A stretch of 32,000 nt of DNA, from the NCBI RefSeq assembly GCF_003945235.1, contig NZ_RSDW01000001.1, forward strand, positions 2,580,001 through 2,612,000, read 5' to 3'. A program made the position numbers and the translations under genes. How positions within the stretch are numbered: position 1 is the first letter of the stretch; every line of letters begins with the position of its first letter. The notes under the pieces are model-generated. The model did no database searches and had not been told where the DNA came from. It saw only the letters and a program-made list of their open reading frames with translations. Shown here one piece after another: positions 27,821 to 32,000 of the stretch. Origin of the DNA: Edaphobacter aggregans. GTDB taxonomy: Bacteria > Acidobacteriota > Terriglobia > Terriglobales > Acidobacteriaceae.

Positions 27821-28768
27821 ATGGAAGAGATGACTACAACACCGAGAGTTCTGGATGGCGTTGCGATTGCAGCGGAGATCAAGGCCGAGGTCGGCACAGA
27901 GGTTCAACAACTTGTGGCTCGCGGGGTCGTCCCCGGGTTGGCTGTGATTCTTGTCGGTGAAGTACCGGCGTCACAGATTTATGTTCGCAGCAAGGTGAAG
28001 ACGTGCGGCGAGCTTGGCATCTACAGTGAGATGCTGACGCCGCCTGAGAGCATCACGACGGACGAGATGCTTGCGCTGGTGGCAGCGTTGAATGCTCGCG
28101 AGGATATCGACGGCATCTTGATTCAACTACCGCTGCCGAAGCATGTCGATACGAAGCGGCTGCTCGAGGCCGTGTCGCCTGATAAAGACGTGGATGGATT
28201 CCATCCGGTGAATGCGGGGCGTTTGCAGAGCGGGCAGCCGGGGCTGACTCCGTGCACGCCTGCTGGGATCATCGAGATATTGAAGCGCAGCAAGCTTCCA
28301 ATTACCGGGCAGAATGCTGTGATCGTGGGACGGTCGGACATCGTCGGCAAGCCGGCGGCAATGATGCTGTTGAATGAGTCCGCGACGGTGACGGTGTGCC
28401 ACAGCAAGACGCGCGATCTTCCGAAGTTTACGCGTGAGGCGGATCTGCTAGTGGCGGCGATTGGACGCCCGGGATATGTCACCGTAGAGATGGTGAAGCC
28501 GGGTGCGACGCTGATCGATGTGGGGATCAACCGCGTGACGGATGCTGCTGAGGTGGAGAACTTCTTCCCCGGCGATGCGGTTCGTGCGGCGACGTTTGCG
28601 AAGCGCGGTTCGGTGGTGGTGGGAGACATTCATCCGGCGGCGTTTGCACGCTCGGGAGCCTACACTCCGGTACCGGGAGGCGTGGGCGCGCTGACGATCG
28701 CCATGCTGATGCACAACACAGTGAAGGCGGCAAAGCTGCGGCGCGGGATTTCGACGGGGAAGAGCTAG
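27821..28768 (+). CDS. folD: Bifunctional methylenetetrahydrofolate dehydrogenase / methenyl-THF cyclohydrolase
   Basis: PGLAVILVGEVPASQIYVRSKVK, DGILIQLPLP, DKDVDGFHP, VIVGRSDIVGKPAAMMLL and PVPGGVGALTIAML are all canonical FolD blocks. Confidence 0.95.
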   Translation: MEEMTTTPRVLDGVAIAAEIKAEVGTEVQQLVARGVVPGLAVILVGEVPASQIYVRSKVKTCGELGIYSEMLTPPESITTDEMLALVAALNAREDIDGILIQLPLPKHVDTKRLLEAVSPDKDVDGFHPVNAGRLQSGQPGLTPCTPAGIIEILKRSKLPITGQNAVIVGRSDIVGKPAAMMLLNESATVTVCHSKTRDLPKFTREADLLVAAIGRPGYVTVEMVKPGATLIDVGINRVTDAAEVENFFPGDAVRAATFAKRGSVVVGDIHPAAFARSGAYTPVPGGVGALTIAMLMHNTVKAAKLRRGISTGKS

Positions 28769-28772
28769 CTGC

Positions 28773-29435
28773 ATGCTGCGCGTTGGGCTCACAGGCGGGC
28801 TGGGAAGCGGAAAGTCGACCGCAGGACGCCTGTTTCGGGCGCACGGAGCGCATGTGCTTGAGGCCGATGCGATTGGGCGCGAGTTGATGCAGCCGGGGCA
28901 CGCTGTCTATGCCGCAATCGTGGATCACTTCGGCTCGGGAGTTGTCTCTTCGAGTGGAGAACTGGATCGTCACGCGTTGGCCAGGATTGCCTTTGCCGAG
29001 GGCCGCGTCGAGGAGTTGAACGCCATTGTGCATCCAGCAGTAATTGCACGGCAGGCAGAACTGGCCGAGGCGATCTTCGCGCAGGATGCAGGCGCGGTGG
29101 TGATGGTGGAGTCGGCGCTGATATTTGAAACAAAGCACAGCATCGATGAAAAGGGCGTGGGATGGCGGCGGCGTTTCGACCGGGTCATTTTGGTGACCGC
29201 TCCTGATGAGGTGAAGATTGCGCGGTCTGTCGCTCGCGCCGCTAGCGAGAGGACCCTGACAGACCGTGAGCGAGCTGAGCTGGAAGCTGAAGCCCAGCGG
29301 CGACTGGACCAGCAGATTCCGGATGAACAGAAGGCTGCGCTTTGCGACTATGTCCTGACCAACGGCGGTCCTTTGACAGAGCTGGAATGGCAGGTGGACC
29401 AGTTGTGGCCGATCCTAAAGGCAGCAGCCGCGTAG
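28773..29435 (+). CDS. coaE: Dephospho-CoA kinase
   Basis: N-terminal P-loop VGLTGGLGSGKST, then the LEADAIGRELM and VHPAV blocks. It starts 4 nt after the folD stop. Confidence 0.9.
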   Translation: MLRVGLTGGLGSGKSTAGRLFRAHGAHVLEADAIGRELMQPGHAVYAAIVDHFGSGVVSSSGELDRHALARIAFAEGRVEELNAIVHPAVIARQAELAEAIFAQDAGAVVMVESALIFETKHSIDEKGVGWRRRFDRVILVTAPDEVKIARSVARAASERTLTDRERAELEAEAQRRLDQQIPDEQKAALCDYVLTNGGPLTELEWQVDQLWPILKAAAA

Positions 29436-29557
29436 GTTGAGCGGTTCGCACTGATTTTGAAGGTGGTTGCGGAACCGGCAGACCAGACAGGACGTATCTC
29501 GATACAATCAATGCAGGCAGGATTTCGTCTGCCATTGAAGGCTTAAGGTCGTTCACT

Positions 29558-30772
29558 ATGAAACTGCGCCCCGTTCTGCTTGTTCTGCTCCTGCTCTCTG
29601 GCTTCTACTATGCGACGACACACGTCTGGTCGACTGGCTCGGCTGTGCCATGGCTGCACAGTACGGCCTCGAGTGCTAACTCCGCGACCTCGAAGACCGC
29701 GTCGCTGAACGGACCGCTGGGTGCGTTTGAACTGACAGAGGCTTCCGCGGCGCCCGCGTTCGACAGCGAGGAGCAACAGAACATTCAGGTCTACAAGAAG
29801 GCGCTCCCGTCCGTCGTGAACATTACGTCGACTGCGGTGGCGTTCGACTTCTTCTACGGACCTGTGCCGCAGCAGGGGCAGGGCTCAGGGTTCATCCTCG
29901 ACAAGCAGGGTCTGATCCTGACGAACAACCATGTAATCAACAACGCACAACGGGTCGAAGTAACGCTGTCGGACAAGCACAAGTACAAGGCCACCGTGAT
30001 GGGCGTGGACAAGAACCACGACCTTGCGCTGCTGAAGATCAACGCTCCAAACCTGACTCCGGCTGTGCTGGCAGACTCGCAGAACCTGATCGTGGGACAG
30101 CGTGTGTACGCTATCGGCAATCCGTTTGGCCTGTCGGGCACGATGACGCGCGGCATCATCTCGGCAATCCGCTCTATTCATGGGCCGGAGAACAATCCGA
30201 TCGAGGACGCGATCCAAACCGATGCGGCGGTAAATCCGGGCAACTCCGGCGGACCGCTGCTGAACTCGCGCGGCGAGGTGATCGGCATCACGACGCTGAT
30301 TGCAAATAATGGCGCGGACCAGTCTTCGGGCATCGGGTTTGCGATTCCGATCAACACAGCGAAGGCTGTTCTGGACGACTTCGCAAAGTATGGCCGCGTA
30401 CGGCGGCCTTCGCTGGATATCGTGACGATACCGATTGGCCCGGACATCGCAGAACAACTTGGCCTTCCTGCGGACTACGGCATCCTGATCGATCGCGTGA
30501 TGCCGGGTGGCGCGGCGGACAAGGCTGGCCTGAAAGGTGGCACGCAACGTGCCTACCAAGGGAACACTCCAGTGATGCTTGGCGGCGACCTGATTGTTGG
30601 AATGGACGGCCAGGAAATCACGAGTCCACAGGACTTATCGGCCGTGATGAACTCGCATCGCGCGGGCGACGAGGTGACGGTCACGATCTTCCGCGGCCGC
30701 AAAAAGATGGACCTTAAAGTGCAACTGGGCGATGCGAAGGACCAGCAAGGAGTGCTCGGACAGCGCACTTAG
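29558..30772 (+). CDS. S1C (HtrA/DegP-like) serine protease with one PDZ domain, membrane-anchored
   Basis: N-terminal TM MKLRPVLLVLLLLSGFYYA. Catalytic triad contexts LTNNHVI (His), HDLALLKI (Asp), GNSGGPLLN (Ser). C-terminal PDZ (GILIDRVMPGGAADKAGLKGG...GDLIVGMDGQEI). Confidence 0.9.
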   Translation: MKLRPVLLVLLLLSGFYYATTHVWSTGSAVPWLHSTASSANSATSKTASLNGPLGAFELTEASAAPAFDSEEQQNIQVYKKALPSVVNITSTAVAFDFFYGPVPQQGQGSGFILDKQGLILTNNHVINNAQRVEVTLSDKHKYKATVMGVDKNHDLALLKINAPNLTPAVLADSQNLIVGQRVYAIGNPFGLSGTMTRGIISAIRSIHGPENNPIEDAIQTDAAVNPGNSGGPLLNSRGEVIGITTLIANNGADQSSGIGFAIPINTAKAVLDDFAKYGRVRRPSLDIVTIPIGPDIAEQLGLPADYGILIDRVMPGGAADKAGLKGGTQRAYQGNTPVMLGGDLIVGMDGQEITSPQDLSAVMNSHRAGDEVTVTIFRGRKKMDLKVQLGDAKDQQGVLGQRT

Positions 30773-30914
30773 TTCGATCATCATTTTTCTTCTGTTCTCC
30801 GTTGCGGCTCTCTGATATAAGTTGCGTTGACACCGTTGACATTTGTCTGAAGAGCTTCGTCAAAAGAGAGCGTTTCGCGTCTCGACGTCGTGATTCCGCA
30901 AGCAGAGGAGCACC

Positions 30915-31367
30915 ATGCACGAGACCATTCGCGTCGGTCAAATGAGCGTCACCTTTATCAAGTCCCGCCACGAGACCCAGGACAGCCTGGACTTCTTCGA
31001 AGTGACCCTACCGCCGCTGGTCAGCGTCATCGTGCCCCACATTCACCGCGACTACGACGAGACCGTCATCGGGATGAACGGCGTCACCACTTGGACGGTC
31101 AACGGCAAGCAGATTCTTGTCGGCCCCGGCGACCAGCTCTTCATCGAACGCGGCACTCCGCACTTCTTCTGCAATCTCCATGACACGACAGCCAGATACG
31201 TGTGCGTCCAGACCCCGGGCATCATGGGGCCGGAGTATTACCAGGAGATCGCCGAGCACTACCACACCGACGCTCCACCCGATGTGGCTGGCATCAGCGC
31301 CGTGATGAACCGCTACGGCGTTACGCCCATCCTCCACAATAAACAACTGACAATCGCTAAACCCTGA
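30915..31367 (+). CDS. Cupin domain protein
   Basis: 150 aa. Cupin motif-like PHIHRDYDETVIGMNG and GDQLFIERGTPHFF. Confidence 0.65.
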   Translation: MHETIRVGQMSVTFIKSRHETQDSLDFFEVTLPPLVSVIVPHIHRDYDETVIGMNGVTTWTVNGKQILVGPGDQLFIERGTPHFFCNLHDTTARYVCVQTPGIMGPEYYQEIAEHYHTDAPPDVAGISAVMNRYGVTPILHNKQLTIAKP

Positions 31368-31414
31368 CGAACAAAATTTAACGTCTCGGGGATCGATAGT
31401 CGAATCAGATACAT

Positions 31415-31951
31415 ATGACTCGGCAAGAGAGTGCACTCGAGAGACGCCGCACACCCGTCCTATCGTGTTTCACGGCAGTTCTGGTAGCAGGCCTGATATT
31501 CGGCCACACCTCGGTCGCGCAGAACCATCCAACCGCTCCCGTCCGGAAAGAGGCACCCATGTCCCACGCGACAGGCCCGTTCGACGTCAAACTCACACCA
31601 CAGGACGATAAGCTCGACCCAACGCTCGCCCGCCTGATCATCGACAAGCAGTTCCACGGCGATCTCGAAGCCACGAGCAAAGGCACGATGCTCTCCGCCG
31701 GAACCGCAGTGAAAGGCTCCGCCGGTTATGTTGCGATTGAGCTCGTCACCGGAACTCTCCATGGCCGCACCGGGACGTTCGTGCTCCAGCACAGCGCGAC
31801 GATGAACCGCGGCATTCCCTCGCTGAGCATCACCGTTGTGCCCGACTCCGGTACTGGCGAGCTCACCGGCCTTACCGGCACCATGAACATCATCATCGTC
31901 GAGGGCAAACACTCCTACGACTTCAGCTACACGCTGCCGCTTACGGAGTAA
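31415..31951 (+). CDS. DUF3224 domain protein with an N-terminal signal-like extension
   Basis: The core GPFDVKLTPQDD...FHGDLEATSKGTMLSAGT..GSAGYVAIELVTGTLHGRTGTFVLQHSATM...LSITVVPDSGTGELTGLTG matches my recollection of DUF3224. From ATG 31415 the first 48 residues contain RRRTPVLSCFTAVLVAGLIFGHTSVAQ. ATG 31559 is the alternative start, giving a cytoplasmic ~130-aa form. Confidence 0.6.
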   Translation: MTRQESALERRRTPVLSCFTAVLVAGLIFGHTSVAQNHPTAPVRKEAPMSHATGPFDVKLTPQDDKLDPTLARLIIDKQFHGDLEATSKGTMLSAGTAVKGSAGYVAIELVTGTLHGRTGTFVLQHSATMNRGIPSLSITVVPDSGTGELTGLTGTMNIIIVEGKHSYDFSYTLPLTE

Positions 31952-32000
31952 AAACCAGCTATCCCAATTCGCCCTAAGCTAAATCGGTGCCGTAGACTCA

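Noticed and set aside
29436-29557. Several short inverted repeats (GGCAGAC...GTCTGCC, GTATC-N2-GATAC) in the coaE-htrA spacer, considered as regulatory elements.
   Set aside because: The stems are short (5-7 bp) with long or impossible loops. There is no supporting promoter context and nothing distinguishes them from chance in GC-rich DNA.
31980-31991. 12-nt identity (TAAATCGGTGCC) to the MITE arm at the very end of the window, a possible second copy.
   Set aside because: Roughly one such match is expected by chance when any 12-mer of the element is allowed. The window ends before more sequence can be compared. It is noted only as a hint.

Overview
The window is a 32 kb chromosomal segment from a GC-rich bacterium (roughly 60-67% GC in core genes). 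It looks like Acidobacteriota/Terriglobia, inferred from an orphan PEP-CTERM protein, an ECF sigma with a zf-HC2 anti-sigma, and dispersed RFAQND/VILSEAK-type repeat sequences. I support about 31 protein-coding genes and one frameshifted pseudogene. I see no rRNA, tRNA or CRISPR array, and no obvious phage or defence island. Confident housekeeping calls are ppc (PEP carboxylase), folD, coaE, an HtrA-type protease, RNase HI, OsmC, DsbA, TolC, an MFS exporter, a TetR regulator, an ECF sigma/anti-sigma pair, a radical SAM enzyme, an FkbM methyltransferase, a HAD hydrolase and a CocE/NonD hydrolase. Many long ORFs in the supplied track are antisense or 5'-extended shadow ORFs typical of high-GC DNA, and I rejected them. 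The most unusual observations are: (1) a 124-bp MITE-like inverted-repeat element with a perfect 10-bp flanking direct repeat upstream of folD; (2) the ppc reading frame carries in-frame blocks that look like dispersed intergenic/palindromic repeats, plus a strong G-quadruplex motif; (3) osmC is bracketed by a 33/35-bp duplication of the 3' end of the convergent RNase H gene; (4) a DUF2199 gene is broken by a 1-nt change in an A5 run inside a low-GC patch; (5) a low-GC (~45-50%) segment carries a large secreted pectate-lyase-like beta-helix protein; (6) a three-gene ECF sigma / HEAT-repeat anti-sigma / protease-less double-PDZ module; (7) a TolC/MFS cluster with no recognisable periplasmic adaptor but two uncharacterised membrane proteins. 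None of these is proven to be a new system. Each is stated with its test.
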